From the IMG/VR virus record IMGVR_UViG_3300024339_000005: a stretch of 64,000 bases of DNA. One strand, written 5' to 3'. How positions within the stretch are numbered: the first letter of the stretch is position 1; each line of letters opens with the position of its first letter. The notes under the pieces were generated by a model, which did not search any database, had not been told where the DNA came from, and saw only the letters and a program-made list of their open reading frames with translations. This document shows positions 1 to 10,431 of the stretch, one piece after another. Position numbers and translations under genes: made by a program. Origin of the DNA: a virus.

Positions 1-2
1 CC

Positions 3-389
3 CATGGCAAACGGTATGTTTCCAGACTACATGAATACAACAGGGTAAAAGTGGCTAAGGTTATTAGTGAATCGAATAAAGGCAGACAGCCGAGATTGGG
101 TGCTGTTCTTTCCGATGAAACAAAAAAGAAGATAGGTGACGCCCATCGCGGCAAAGTACCATCAAAAGAATTGAGAGAATTATGGAGTAAACAACGAACT
201 GGTGCTGGCAATGGCAACTATGGTAAAAAACACTCCGAGGAGAGAAAGAGAAAGATAGGGCAAAAATCCAAAGACAGACAGTATCCAGTTTCGTGTGTTC
301 ATTGTCAGAAGACCGTTTCTAATCAGTTAACCTTATCTCGCCATCATGGTGATAGATGTAAATCTATTCAGCTTCGCCAAACGGGTTAA
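3..389 (+). CDS. Free-standing homing endonuclease, C-terminal part (NUMOD3 repeats plus Cys/His tail); 5'-truncated by the window
   Basis: Frame is open from position 3 (HGKRYVSRLHEY...). NUMOD3 motifs LSDETKKKIGDAHRGK and GKKHSEERKRKIG; C-terminal CxHC...HHGDRC. Confidence 0.75.
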   Translation, partial: HGKRYVSRLHEYNRVKVAKVISESNKGRQPRLGAVLSDETKKKIGDAHRGKVPSKELRELWSKQRTGAGNGNYGKKHSEERKRKIGQKSKDRQYPVSCVHCQKTVSNQLTLSRHHGDRCKSIQLRQTG

Positions 390-1176
390 TTTCGCTAAAG
401 TCAATAATGTTGTCGTCATAATTGGTTGTTGTGAAATAGGTGTTATTAGCCTGAGCATCGGTGTTCACAGGTAGATAATCTTCCTTGATAAATGAACCAC
501 CATCTTCTAGCAATATCTTGTCACCTGTTTCAAGCAACATTTCATAAGCAAGGGCGTTTCCAGAATAATCGGTTTCTATTTGATCAATGGTCGCATTACC
601 AGTACTAATAGTTTCGTGGCTATACTCAAATAGGGTACACCTCAGATCATAGGTGTATAGACGACCAAACGAATAGAAAACTTCTTCATGTTCAACATGG
701 TCGATCTGGAAAATCTTGCCGTTCAATGGGAAGTAGATTAGATCTCCTTCAAAGGGTCTGCCGAGAGACAAAGCAAAGTTGTCGCCGTTGGCATCCTCAA
801 GTAAAAACTCGTCGCCTGTCTCTAAGAGAACATTATAGCCTTGGCCTTCTGTAAGCAATTTCTCTGATTGAAATTGTTCGAACCTTTTGACGGCTACTGT
901 GAAGGTTATCTCGTCGCGTATCTCAAGACCAAACTTTGATAGTAGGTCACCCTCACCTTCAAAGCCCTCAACATTTTTGATATAGACTTCGATAGTCGCG
1001 GCTACATTGAAAGCCGAAAGCGTATCTTCACCAAACAACAAATCTTCTTTGACAAGGGTACGCGGCAAGTATTGAACATCATGCCCATACATTTTTATGG
1101 ACTCGATTATCAAGTCCTCTGCCAACCCCTGTTCTGAGGCGAAGGCATAGTTGTTGAAATAACTATTTACCGCCAT
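364..1176 (-). CDS. gp14: Neck/head-closure protein gp14
   Basis: EQ.L.EDLIIESIKMYGHDVQYLPR, YIKNVEGFEGEGDLLSKFGLEIRDE, EGDLIYFP, DFSEINPFG; follows gp13. Start moved to ATG 1176 (MAVNSYF). Confidence 0.93.
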   Translation of the reverse strand: MAVNSYFNNYAFASEQGLAEDLIIESIKMYGHDVQYLPRTLVKEDLLFGEDTLSAFNVAATIEVYIKNVEGFEGEGDLLSKFGLEIRDEITFTVAVKRFEQFQSEKLLTEGQGYNVLLETGDEFLLEDANGDNFALSLGRPFEGDLIYFPLNGKIFQIDHVEHEEVFYSFGRLYTYDLRCTLFEYSHETISTGNATIDQIETDYSGNALAYEMLLETGDKILLEDGGSFIKEDYLPVNTDAQANNTYFTTTNYDDNIIDFSEINPFGEAE

Positions 1177-1813
1177 AATCACAAACCCTTTCTACACTGG
1201 TGCCTTTACGAGAAATTTTGCCGCTCTTGGACAGATATTTCAATGTAGTTTTGGGTATATCCAAAAGTTTTGATACCCATTCTAAGGACCATGAATGAAA
1301 TTCTGTATCTTGGGTTGTTATCTTATACCAATACTTGGCTCTTGCTTGTGCGGCTTTCGTAGCATGTTCAATACTTTTCGGCACATCTTTGAGTCTTTTC
1401 GATAACTGATTTTTTTGTTCTTGGGAGCCGTTGTATTTACACAGCGGGCTGTTGTCGTAGTAAAGGTTCTTACCTGAAACTGATAATTTCTTTTTGAAAT
1501 CATCACTTCTTTTCATACCACGATTTACACGACCACCAGAGGCATGATTATAGCCAAGGGTCTGTAAATCATATTTTCCTATCCAATATTGTTCTCTATC
1601 ATCAATAGTAGTTTCATCACATCTTTCAATCATTTCGCATGTAAAATTATTTACACCATGCTTACGAATAGCATTGTATAATTTGTAATTACAAGAGGTC
1701 TTTGAACGTGACACATGACCAGACCATCTTTCATCAAGACTTTTTGATGTTTGACCAACGTATTTGATTTCATCAAATAATTTTATTGCGTAAATAATCA
1801 TTATATATTTCAC
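1163..1813 (-). CDS. GIY-YIG (Seg-like) homing endonuclease
   Basis: IIYAI...KYVGQT...RWSGH...LYNAIRKHG...E..WI...GYN; inserted between gp13 and gp14, overlapping both. Confidence 0.88.
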   Translation of the reverse strand: MKYIMIIYAIKLFDEIKYVGQTSKSLDERWSGHVSRSKTSCNYKLYNAIRKHGVNNFTCEMIERCDETTIDDREQYWIGKYDLQTLGYNHASGGRVNRGMKRSDDFKKKLSVSGKNLYYDNSPLCKYNGSQEQKNQLSKRLKDVPKSIEHATKAAQARAKYWYKITTQDTEFHSWSLEWVSKLLDIPKTTLKYLSKSGKISRKGTSVERVCDYGGK

Positions 1814-2553
1814 CCAGACATATCAAACACTGGAAGGCTGTAAGAGGTAATCATTTCTTCTTCTAGTTCCTTGAGCCGTGTGTTGGCTTCATCCCACAAT
1901 TCCTGACCGTTAAAGGTCACGCCACCGGGTAGTTGTACGCCCGTGAATTTCTTCAGGTTAGCACCCCATTGACGTTTGAAAAGTTGTGTGGTATATTCAA
2001 GCAACCAACGGTCGTTCCATACGTCTGTGTAGGTGTCTGGGTCAATCAACTGGTAACCGTCGATGATAACATAATTGCCTACAGTTACCTTGTTCCAATC
2101 CATATCAAGATTCACTCGGTCGGTATGACGATTGAAACGAATGGGTTGTTGACCTGTAAGAATTTCCTGTATCATTGCGATATGCTGTTGAGCGATCACG
2201 TAATGCGTCATTTGAACATTAGCGGCGTCAAAAACATCATTCAAGGAAAACTGATAGTTCAGGTTGAACATATTGCTTGATGAAGAAATTGCGCTACCGA
2301 TAGGGAAAATGCGTGTAACACCAACGATATCTTCATTAAGTGAAATATATTTGTTGGTTACGTCTGTGGCTGTGACTTGGTGAGCGACATAAACTTGTTG
2401 TGTACCATCAAAGTGGTAATCCCTGTAATACTGAAGGGATTCATCAATGCGGTCGTCAAGTTGGTCATTATCAACATTTATGTCAATAACGGGCTTGCCT
2501 AAGTTGCGAAGGCAATACTCTCTGTGTTGTTCACGGCTTGTAGGTACTGCCAT
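1810..2553 (-). CDS. gp13: Neck protein gp13
   Basis: YCLRNLGKPVIDINVDNDQLDDRIDE..QYY.DYHFDG; KRQWGANLKKFTGVQLPGGVTFNG. Confidence 0.95.
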   Translation of the reverse strand: MAVPTSREQHREYCLRNLGKPVIDINVDNDQLDDRIDESLQYYRDYHFDGTQQVYVAHQVTATDVTNKYISLNEDIVGVTRIFPIGSAISSSSNMFNLNYQFSLNDVFDAANVQMTHYVIAQQHIAMIQEILTGQQPIRFNRHTDRVNLDMDWNKVTVGNYVIIDGYQLIDPDTYTDVWNDRWLLEYTTQLFKRQWGANLKKFTGVQLPGGVTFNGQELWDEANTRLKELEEEMITSYSLPVFDMSG

Positions 2554-2580
2554 AATAGAAATACTCCTAGTTCTTTACTG

Positions 2581-2588
2581 TATTTATA
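2581..2588 (-). promoter_or_regulatory. T4-type late promoter TATAAATA (gp13)
   Basis: Exact TATAAATA on the minus strand 28 nt upstream of the gp13 ATG. Confidence 0.8.
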
Positions 2589-2604
2589 AGAACCAGGGAG
2601 ACTA

Positions 2605-2904
2605 TTACTTTTTCATTATTTTCCAGTTGTGGTTGACTACCCACATATAAAAAGCGACTAAACCAGTCATAGCAACGGTGACCATAGTAGGATAATCTGG
2701 ATATGCGTAATAATACATGAAATAAGCCACGGCGGCCGATAGCCCGAACTTTGCGACTAGCCATGATTTACCTAGCTTGCTCATAATCCATGCCATTACA
2801 GGATTAGATTCTACGCCGCCTTGGTTGATAACTTTGTTCGTGGTGTAAACGTCGAGAACTTGTAGCACCATAAATGCTGCGATAAGAATTTCAATAGTTT
2901 CCAT
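2605..2904 (-). CDS. Small membrane protein (DUF5658-like)
   Basis: LDVYTT...GGVESNPVM...K motif with three hydrophobic helices. Confidence 0.65.
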   Translation of the reverse strand: METIEILIAAFMVLQVLDVYTTNKVINQGGVESNPVMAWIMSKLGKSWLVAKFGLSAAVAYFMYYYAYPDYPTMVTVAMTGLVAFYMWVVNHNWKIMKK

Positions 2905-2907
2905 TTC

Positions 2908-5046
2908 TTACTCTCCTTCTAGTTCGCCAAAGAATACCACTAAATATCGGTAAACAGAATCTGCTGCTCCAGCGTGAGTGTAGTTATATATCGACGCCTG
3001 GCTCGGGTTAGTAACGGCTACGCCAATGATATTAGCATCATTATCTTCTGACGAACCGGATGCCACATAATAGCCTTTGAAAGGCGTTCCAAAAACAGCC
3101 GTGACTGTGGCACTAGCTACAGAAATACTTTCTATGTTGTGTGAGGCTCTGATTTCAGCCTGAGTCCCGTAAATCCAAGCCTTCGCTTTACCAAGATCAA
3201 TACCTTCATGTTGAATACCAAGCCCTTTGACGGTCTCGGTCAATTCACGGAGGCTTTCTGTCGGCATACTGATAGAGGAATCGGTAGCACCAATTGAGAA
3301 ACGCCCGTTACCCCATAGTTTCATATGTTCGAAGGCCGAGGAAGCGCCATCGTCGGCTACGTTGGTATATACGAGTCCATCCCAAATGCCTTTGTCGTCG
3401 GTTTGGGTTACAGCGACCTTACCGGAAACCGGATCAACATCAACGTCCAACACTGCGTCGGTTGTTCCCGATTGCAGCAAGACCTTGGCGGCTGTTTCAA
3501 ACATACCCTTTTCAGCGTCGTACATGGCACGAATTTGTGCGGCTGATGGGGCTGTTGCTGCTACCCTAATCATAGAAATAGCACCGTTGGCCCACGGATT
3601 ACCAGCCGCCGCCGTTGCACCAATGCCAATACTCTCATTCACAGTCAGTGTCGCTGTAGCGTTAACGATAGTGAAGTCACGTTCTAGCTTGCCATCGACC
3701 CATATTTCAGTGTTGGTTGTTCCACGCTTAACTGCAACAATCATGTGCCATTCACTGTCAGCAAAAGTGGCTGTTGTAATGTTCTGATCAAACCCTGACC
3801 CATCATTAATGATGAAATTCATGGCACCAGAGGTTTCTGTCCGCAAACCCCAGAGTGGAGTTGTGGCTCCTCGTGTTATGATAGTCTCATAGCCACCTGA
3901 CGCTGTTAGCTTGAACCAAGCCACAATACAGAAGTTTCCAGAGCCCCAATCAAAGTCAGTGTCTGTTGCTCTGGTCAGATAGTTACTTGCACTAAACCCG
4001 CTATAAGCCAGCAACTCACCACTCGCACCGTCTGCGGAGGCCGATGTTACAGTGCCGTTCTCAGTAAGCGTGTTGGCCTTGTAGCTACGATCAGCCGTTG
4101 CAGAGTTTGCAAGCCATGCGCCACGCACATCCCCGATCATGTAACCAGTGTTGTATGTGCGGTTTATAGCTGCGTTCATATGTGTTTGGAATGATGCTGC
4201 GGCGTCCCTTGGGCCATTCAGTTTGCCAATAGTCAAACCCGCAGCGGCTGCATACGCAATTTCACCTTGGCTACGGGCAGATATTCCGTTGTCTACACCT
4301 AAACCATAAACGCCGCCAGTAGTGGAGTTTGCAGCAGTTCCTGACCAGTTATCAGCAGTCATAGTTTCGATAAGCTGACTTTGGAAGGCTCTGTCACCAG
4401 ATGTTCCGTCTGAGTAAACAACGTAGCCGTTAACTATAGCTGATCCGTAGTTTGCCGCAGCGGCTGTCACGCGATCCCAAACATTACCGTCATATTTGAT
4501 AACACCGAAAGCTGCACCGCTACTCATATTATACCCGAAACAAGGCATGTTGCCGCCAGTGCGCGGATCAGAGGGCCAAGTGTCCCAAGTACCCGCACTT
4601 ACATCTGTAACTGCATTGCTTCCTAAAGCCGGAGTTGTACTGGTAGACAGTGACCGGGGCCAGCCTACTGTGCGTTCAGCCCAGCTGCCGTCATGTGGGT
4701 CTATAATCGTTACCCCGTCTTCTGAACCGACAATGATGTAGCCCATAGAGGCCGCAATTCCTGTTGGCGTCGCTGCGCCAGTGATCGTAACCGATGCAAG
4801 GGCTGTACCACCAACAACATTTGAATCCGTCGCATCCCAAATTTCAACCGTACTGTCAGCCCCAGCGTCTTTCACTGTGGCGACCATAAGTTTTTTGACG
4901 ACAGAAAGATTTTGTTTTTCGTCCCATTGTACGCCATCGCGGGCTGGACCAAAGATAACAGCATCAACATATGTGGCATCGGTATCAACCGCGCCACTGA
5001 AAGTACCTGTACCACCACCCTGGGCAATGTCTAATGCTTTACTCAT
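2908..5046 (-). CDS. Tail fibre / receptor-binding protein with LamG (concanavalin-like) domain, paralog 2
   Basis: G/T/A-rich; LamG-like FCIVAWFK...WHMIVAV...IWVDG; C-terminal AKAW...F.TPF fibre tip; paralog of 7989..10424. Confidence 0.8.
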   Translation of the reverse strand: MSKALDIAQGGGTGTFSGAVDTDATYVDAVIFGPARDGVQWDEKQNLSVVKKLMVATVKDAGADSTVEIWDATDSNVVGGTALASVTITGAATPTGIAASMGYIIVGSEDGVTIIDPHDGSWAERTVGWPRSLSTSTTPALGSNAVTDVSAGTWDTWPSDPRTGGNMPCFGYNMSSGAAFGVIKYDGNVWDRVTAAAANYGSAIVNGYVVYSDGTSGDRAFQSQLIETMTADNWSGTAANSTTGGVYGLGVDNGISARSQGEIAYAAAAGLTIGKLNGPRDAAASFQTHMNAAINRTYNTGYMIGDVRGAWLANSATADRSYKANTLTENGTVTSASADGASGELLAYSGFSASNYLTRATDTDFDWGSGNFCIVAWFKLTASGGYETIITRGATTPLWGLRTETSGAMNFIINDGSGFDQNITTATFADSEWHMIVAVKRGTTNTEIWVDGKLERDFTIVNATATLTVNESIGIGATAAAGNPWANGAISMIRVAATAPSAAQIRAMYDAEKGMFETAAKVLLQSGTTDAVLDVDVDPVSGKVAVTQTDDKGIWDGLVYTNVADDGASSAFEHMKLWGNGRFSIGATDSSISMPTESLRELTETVKGLGIQHEGIDLGKAKAWIYGTQAEIRASHNIESISVASATVTAVFGTPFKGYYVASGSSEDNDANIIGVAVTNPSQASIYNYTHAGAADSVYRYLVVFFGELEGE

Positions 5047-5324
5047 TTTGGATTATCCGCCTTTACTTGTGCAATACGGGTGCGCCATGCATCAACATCA
5101 TGGTAAATTTCATCTAGTTGATCGCCGACTAATCCGTAGGCGGCGATGCGTGTTTCATCGACTGTTGGTGCCGGCGTGTCGTCTTGCACCTTTGAGCAAG
5201 TCGGGTCAGCCTCAATATCCAATAGCATCTGGTCATAGTGGCGATTACCGGGGGCTACTGCCCACTGCATTTTCCCCCTGCTGAATTGAACTGTGATGCC
5301 ATTTATCTTGTGTTCTATGTACAT
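5043..5324 (-). CDS. Tail-fibre chaperone-like small protein
   Basis: GNRHY and R..AY..V.DQLD.IYHD...W...I..VK...PK motifs typical of genes next to fibre genes; paralog of 10432..10734. Confidence 0.65.
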   Translation of the reverse strand: MYIEHKINGITVQFSRGKMQWAVAPGNRHYDQMLLDIEADPTCSKVQDDTPAPTVDETRIAAYGLVGDQLDEIYHDVDAWRTRIAQVKADNPK

Positions 5325-5325
5325 C

Positions 5326-6816
5326 CTATAGCTCCGCGTCTATTTCAATATAAGTGATACCAGCACCAGCGTTCCGGAATGTCTGCACCAATGCCCCGTT
5401 CCCTATCGTTAACCCTGATGTTGTAAATCGGGGATTACAGTTATCATGGGTTATGTACCAACAGTTGAAGGACGTACAATTATATCCACCACCTTGTTGC
5501 AGAACACGCATGTTTGTTATAGCTGAACATGTAACGGTTGGATTGGTACGTTTCCAAGCAAAGTTTAACTGCCCCTCTAGGTATGTACTGTGTTGAGCAG
5601 ACCCATCTATCCAAAGCCTATAAAGACCCTCACTGTCAAACCGTTCGTAATACCGCTGACACTTAGCCAGCGTATCCCCATAACTCTCATGCTCAAAGCT
5701 GGTGGCTGCGCTGGCAACTTCCAGTTTGACGCCTGTCAGGTATACGTTGTTCGCCGTGTTATCCATCAGGTTCTGCTGGTTTGTCGTTGACCTCCAGCCA
5801 CCGCCAGAAGTCCAAGTATCGGCAGTGTTTTCATAACCGTTAGATAACAGGGGGAAGCCGATGCTCAGTGCATAGGTATTATCATCAGGCAGTGCGCTAC
5901 CAGAGGTTTGTGCGGGGAATGTCACAGTGAAGTACTCGGCAGTATTCGCCGCCGTGACTGTGAACTCCATAGGGCAGCCATAGTTGTTGTCGTTGTCCAC
6001 CATGAAAACGACCTGTGTACCAGCCTTTGGCGACTGCCACCAAAACGAGATCGTAGTTTCTAAAGAGCCAGATGTGCCATGCAATAGATGCTGAACATCC
6101 TGCCCTTCAAACTTATATTGGATGCCCATGAAATCACTACCAGCCAACGAACTTTCGACTGTGGTGCAGTCCACTTTTAATGCAGATGGAAAACCCGCTG
6201 CGGCCATTAAAGCGGGTGATGCCTCGACAGTTGTAGTAGCGATTGCGTTTGTAGTTTCGACAAATATCTGCCAACGATCTGCTGCGGTGTACTCTGTAGA
6301 GGTTATACCTGTAACAGTCCCACGCTGGCTGACAGTCATGCCGCCGTTGATGATCAGGTTAGGGTTGTTACCCGTTGGCGCACTCGTTGCACCTGTACCG
6401 CCCTGTGCCTCTGACAATGGCGTAGTCAAACCAGTTAGACTTGTTATATCTGCATTGGCTCCATTAAGAGCATATTTTGCATCAACTTCGGTCTTGGTAT
6501 AGGTATCTGCTTTCGCATATGAATTAGGGTTTGTGACTTCACCAAAGGAAAGAACTTCCAATTTCCAACCGGCGGTCATAGCCGCAAGACCAGTGAAACT
6601 TGTACCAGTTGTTGCTGTATAATCTTCGTCGTTTAGTTTAACACCGTTGAGTAAGACAAGATAATTGCCTTCGCCCACGGTATATGCAAGAGTATTGCCG
6701 TTGTCGTCTGCGCCAGATACTGAAGTTTGAGCCGCTGCCGCGGTGAATTCATAGAGAACAGCACCCTGATAGTTTTCCCACATTGCGCTAGGTATTGATT
6801 GAATGCCTAATCCCAT
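5326..6816 (-). CDS. Tail fibre protein with carbohydrate-binding-like module
   Basis: NPNLIINGGMTVSQRG...ADRW...GVKLEV...ATSFEHESYGDTLAKCQRYY; paralog of 10736..11860. Confidence 0.78.
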   Translation of the reverse strand: MGLGIQSIPSAMWENYQGAVLYEFTAAAAQTSVSGADDNGNTLAYTVGEGNYLVLLNGVKLNDEDYTATTGTSFTGLAAMTAGWKLEVLSFGEVTNPNSYAKADTYTKTEVDAKYALNGANADITSLTGLTTPLSEAQGGTGATSAPTGNNPNLIINGGMTVSQRGTVTGITSTEYTAADRWQIFVETTNAIATTTVEASPALMAAAGFPSALKVDCTTVESSLAGSDFMGIQYKFEGQDVQHLLHGTSGSLETTISFWWQSPKAGTQVVFMVDNDNNYGCPMEFTVTAANTAEYFTVTFPAQTSGSALPDDNTYALSIGFPLLSNGYENTADTWTSGGGWRSTTNQQNLMDNTANNVYLTGVKLEVASAATSFEHESYGDTLAKCQRYYERFDSEGLYRLWIDGSAQHSTYLEGQLNFAWKRTNPTVTCSAITNMRVLQQGGGYNCTSFNCWYITHDNCNPRFTTSGLTIGNGALVQTFRNAGAGITYIEIDAEL

Positions 6817-7145
6817 TAGTAACCTCTAATTTTCTTTAAGCGCGAATTGGCTTCTTCTAATTGCGCTTTTAAATTTCTCAACCTGTCTCTTGACGACTGG
6901 TTGCTACCACGCTTTTCAATGCGGTCTTCAATAGCCCACACTTGGCGTTGAATCTGTTCAACAATAAGTGTTTGGGTACGAACATCAAGACCTACCAGTT
7001 GGAATTTTACTTCCTCAACTTCGGTATTCCATGCGACCCTAGGAATATCAAGCCCCATTGCGTCTGCACCAGCATAAGCACCACCGATAGCAGAGACTAC
7101 GCCGAGAGAAATTGTGATATGTTTTAATGCGTCTATTATGTTCAT
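6816..7145 (-). CDS. Small protein with N-terminal TM helix and coiled coil
   Basis: Hydrophobic N-terminus, heptad-rich C-terminus; coupled to the downstream gene. Confidence 0.55.
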   Translation of the reverse strand: MNIIDALKHITISLGVVSAIGGAYAGADAMGLDIPRVAWNTEVEEVKFQLVGLDVRTQTLIVEQIQRQVWAIEDRIEKRGSNQSSRDRLRNLKAQLEEANSRLKKIRGY

Positions 7146-7153
7146 ATTACTAT

Positions 7154-7483
7154 TTAGCTGCCACCCTTGAATAAATTGCTTATGGCATCAAAAAAGGTGA
7201 AACCGACAGAACCTATGAAAGTAATAGCCAGGATGATACCCGCCCATTTGTTTTTCATAGCGATCAACGAGTTTTGGTTATCAATTAGCTTGTCCATCTT
7301 GTCAGATAATGCATCAATATGGTCTTCGGTCTTTTGATGATAAGCAAGTTCGCGCTCCTCATGTTTTTCTTGACCTTCTTTTATATCATCAATACGGTTA
7401 AAAGCCGTCTTGATTCTTTCGTCGTATCTGGCTTGCTCGGTTTCTAGGTGACCGATTCGTTCGCCGAGGTAATCGTTAGCCAT
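7154..7483 (-). CDS. Coiled-coil protein with C-terminal TM (XhlA/holin-like)
   Basis: ERIGHLE coiled coil followed by NKWAGIILAITFIGSVGFTFF TM helix. Confidence 0.55.
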   Translation of the reverse strand: MANDYLGERIGHLETEQARYDERIKTAFNRIDDIKEGQEKHEERELAYHQKTEDHIDALSDKMDKLIDNQNSLIAMKNKWAGIILAITFIGSVGFTFFDAISNLFKGGS

Positions 7484-7497
7484 AGTTGTTGCTTTCT

Positions 7498-7956
7498 TCA
7501 GTCTGCCAGTTCGGCAGGCGTAAAGGCATCCATATCGTCGGTGTTATCCATAGCGTCAAGGGCTACTTCCGCAGCGATAGGCATATCCCGTAGGACTACC
7601 TTTTCCGCTGCGGAGTTGGCTTTGGTTCTGGTAGCACCAGGCTTACCAACAACCTTTTCCATAATTTCTTTGTCGATTTGTTCCAGTTTCGCGTTACGGA
7701 CCCGGCGCAATTGTACCATTTTTTCTTCACGAACCTTAGGTAGACGCCAAGCATGGGTCTTCAATTCTTCTTCAGTGACCTCAACAGCCAATGTAGAAGC
7801 ATCGGGTACGATAGCCGCGGCTGTTTCGTTGCCTTCTTGGTCGTAAGTGGCAGGAATTGTTGCAGCCTTGACTTTCTTAGCCAGGATACCAGAGACAGAG
7901 CCAGCGTCACCAACTACGGTTACTGAGCCGTCTGCGTTTACAATTTTCTCGTTCAT
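7498..7956 (-). CDS. Tail-fibre assembly-like protein
   Basis: HAWRL...LRRVRNAKLEQID...LRDMP motif; directly after the fibre gene. Confidence 0.6.
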   Translation of the reverse strand: MNEKIVNADGSVTVVGDAGSVSGILAKKVKAATIPATYDQEGNETAAAIVPDASTLAVEVTEEELKTHAWRLPKVREEKMVQLRRVRNAKLEQIDKEIMEKVVGKPGATRTKANSAAEKVVLRDMPIAAEVALDAMDNTDDMDAFTPAELAD

Positions 7957-7988
7957 TACTTTGTTTCCTCTTTAGTGTATTTATTCAT

Positions 7989-10424
7989 TTACTCGCCTTC
8001 AAGTTCGCCAAACCATACGGCTGAATATGATTGAACATTCCTGGCAGCACCGGCGCCGTTATAGAAGGCTAATCTACATGAGGTATTTGTGCTTTCATCA
8101 CTGCCGTCATAGTAATAACAAGTATCTGTCGTCCCGGCATCTGGTTGCATAGTAACCTGACACACATAAGGGATTTTATCCGCACCAGAAACCGATTCCT
8201 TAAAAGGTGTGGCAAATACTACATCAATGTGCCCAGTAGATACCCATGTTACACTCTCTATCCCATATGAACCGTTGATTGTGCTAGTTGAAATTGGTCC
8301 ACCAATAAGCCAAGCCTTCGCCTTACTTAAATCAATACCTTCATGTTGAATACCAAGACCCCTGACAGTTTCAGCCAGTTCTCTAAAATCCTCGGCTGGC
8401 ATATTGATTGAAGCATCGGTAGCACCAATTGCGTAATGACCCTCACCCCAAAGTTTTAGGTGTTCGAATGCGGTTGAAGCGCCATCTTCTACTGAATTTG
8501 TATAGACAAGCCCGTCCCAAATGCCTTTGTCGTCAGCCTGAACTACTGCGACCTTACCGGAAACCGGATCAACATCAACGTCAAGGACCGCATCGGTAGT
8601 ACCGGACTGTAATAAAACCAAGGCCGCTGTATCAAACATGGGTTTCTCTGCCAAATACATATTGCGTATCAAGGCGGCAGATGGCGATACGCTTGAAACC
8701 CCGGCAAAGCGGCACATTGTTAATGTGGTAGAAGTGGCGGGGTTTGTTGACCCGTTAGCCAGTGATCCGATAGCAAAAGGCATATTACCGCTGTCAGACA
8801 TAGAGCCTGTATTAGTAGTGTCAGAGGCTTCTAAAACGCCGTCAACGTACAAATAGCGTTCTGTGGATGACACGTTTACAAGGTCAGCTTTGTGCCAAGC
8901 ACCATCATCAAATGTCTCTGTTGTGGCAAGTCCACTTGCAGACGCTGATGCGCCGTTGACTTGACAATCAATAACACCACTGGTCAAGAAACTGATATAA
9001 CTCTCCACAGACCGAGCAGCATTACCAAAGCCGCAGAATACTTCGCCAGTAGAGTTGCCGGAAGACTTGAACCAGATAGCCATATGAAACGGGCCAGTGC
9101 CACAAACATCCCAATCTTCATCACTTGCGCGAGTATGGTTAATTGTTGAGCTATAACCATTATAGGCTTTAAGTTCTCCAGTAGCTCCGTCAGCGGATAC
9201 CTCAGTAACACCTGCACCGTTATTAGTCAGCGTATTCGCGTAGGGACTAAGATCAGCCGTTGCTGAATTGCAAAGCCAAACTCCTCTGGTTGTGTGAAGC
9301 ATGTAGCCAGAATTGGTTGCCCTAGTGATTGACGCAGAGGCTAATAGCTGGTTCTGCAATGAGCCTTGACCCATGCGACCAATAGTAAAATCAAGGCCAC
9401 CAGTACCGCCTAGCGCACCAATCTTCTCTCCGATGGAAAAAGCATCAGCAGAGATACCTACACTATCAAGCCCACCGTTAGATGACAGATAACTATATGG
9501 TGGGTTGACACTTTGGTCCGCAGTAATTGTATCAATCGGTCCCGCTGCTCTGAACTGTGATGTAGAATATGCAGCGAACAGCATATCTTGGCCGATGGCG
9601 ATAGCAGGAGAAGATGTTGCTGTTATCTGGATTACATCTTTAACTGTTCCATCGTTCTTAATAACAGAGGCTTGGAATGTCCCTGTCCCATACTTGACAC
9701 CAAAGGTTGGGATTTGCCCTCCTGTATTACTATCAGTTGGACCACTGGAAAGCGTATTTGCTGCAACTCCAATCACATCGTTGTTGTTCAAATTAGGGGT
9801 GTCAGTTGAGTTTAATGATCGGGGCCAACCTGTTGTGGCTTCGGCCCAAGAACCAAAATGTGGGTGGATGATATGAATGCCATCCTCGGAACCCACAATG
9901 ATATAGCCCATGCTGGCTGCAATGGAAGTCGGTGTTGCAGCACCAGTAATGGTTATTGCCGCCATAGCAGTACCACCGACAATCGTGCTATCTGTGTAAT
10001 CCCAGATCTCAACGGTCGTATCTGCGCCTGCGTCCTTGATGGTCGCTACCATGATTTTCTTCACAGTAGACAGATTGAGTTTTTCATCCCATTGAACACC
10101 ATCCCTCGCAGGACCAAAAATAACAGCGTCAACGTATGTACCATCAGTTTCAACAACACCAGAGAAAGCGGCTGAAGTCATGGCACCATTAGCAGATACA
10201 GCGCCTGTAAATGTTCCGGTTGTTCCTGCAACAGCGCCTGTAAATGTTCCGGTTGTTCCTGCAACAGCGCCTGTAAATGTTCCGGTTGTTCCTGATACGG
10301 CACCGGATGAAGTCACAGAGGTAGCGGTCACGGCTCCTAGATTAATAGGAACCGCTGTGTTCGCTGATAAGTCCTGAAGTTTGGTGCTTTCAAGAACGTC
10401 GGTATCAATTGTGTTAATTGCCAT
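7989..10424 (-). CDS. Tail fibre / receptor-binding protein with LamG domain, paralog 1
   Basis: Shares YVDAVIFGPARDGVQWDEK and LLQSGTTDAVLDVDVDPVSGKVAV with 2908..5046; LamG-like core. Confidence 0.8.
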   Translation of the reverse strand: MAINTIDTDVLESTKLQDLSANTAVPINLGAVTATSVTSSGAVSGTTGTFTGAVAGTTGTFTGAVAGTTGTFTGAVSANGAMTSAAFSGVVETDGTYVDAVIFGPARDGVQWDEKLNLSTVKKIMVATIKDAGADTTVEIWDYTDSTIVGGTAMAAITITGAATPTSIAASMGYIIVGSEDGIHIIHPHFGSWAEATTGWPRSLNSTDTPNLNNNDVIGVAANTLSSGPTDSNTGGQIPTFGVKYGTGTFQASVIKNDGTVKDVIQITATSSPAIAIGQDMLFAAYSTSQFRAAGPIDTITADQSVNPPYSYLSSNGGLDSVGISADAFSIGEKIGALGGTGGLDFTIGRMGQGSLQNQLLASASITRATNSGYMLHTTRGVWLCNSATADLSPYANTLTNNGAGVTEVSADGATGELKAYNGYSSTINHTRASDEDWDVCGTGPFHMAIWFKSSGNSTGEVFCGFGNAARSVESYISFLTSGVIDCQVNGASASASGLATTETFDDGAWHKADLVNVSSTERYLYVDGVLEASDTTNTGSMSDSGNMPFAIGSLANGSTNPATSTTLTMCRFAGVSSVSPSAALIRNMYLAEKPMFDTAALVLLQSGTTDAVLDVDVDPVSGKVAVVQADDKGIWDGLVYTNSVEDGASTAFEHLKLWGEGHYAIGATDASINMPAEDFRELAETVRGLGIQHEGIDLSKAKAWLIGGPISTSTINGSYGIESVTWVSTGHIDVVFATPFKESVSGADKIPYVCQVTMQPDAGTTDTCYYYDGSDESTNTSCRLAFYNGAGAARNVQSYSAVWFGELEGE
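10198..10294. repeat. 33-bp tandem repeat (~3 copies) encoding GTTGTFTGAVA
   Basis: acagcgcctgtaaatgttccggttgttcctgca repeated in tandem, in frame. Confidence 0.95.
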
Positions 10425-10431
10425 TTATCTT

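Noticed and set aside
2908-10424. Diversity-generating retroelement (TR/VR) despite an Mtd_N-domain gene
   Set aside because: No reverse transcriptase in the window, both copies are in full ORFs, and differences are not adenine-specific.
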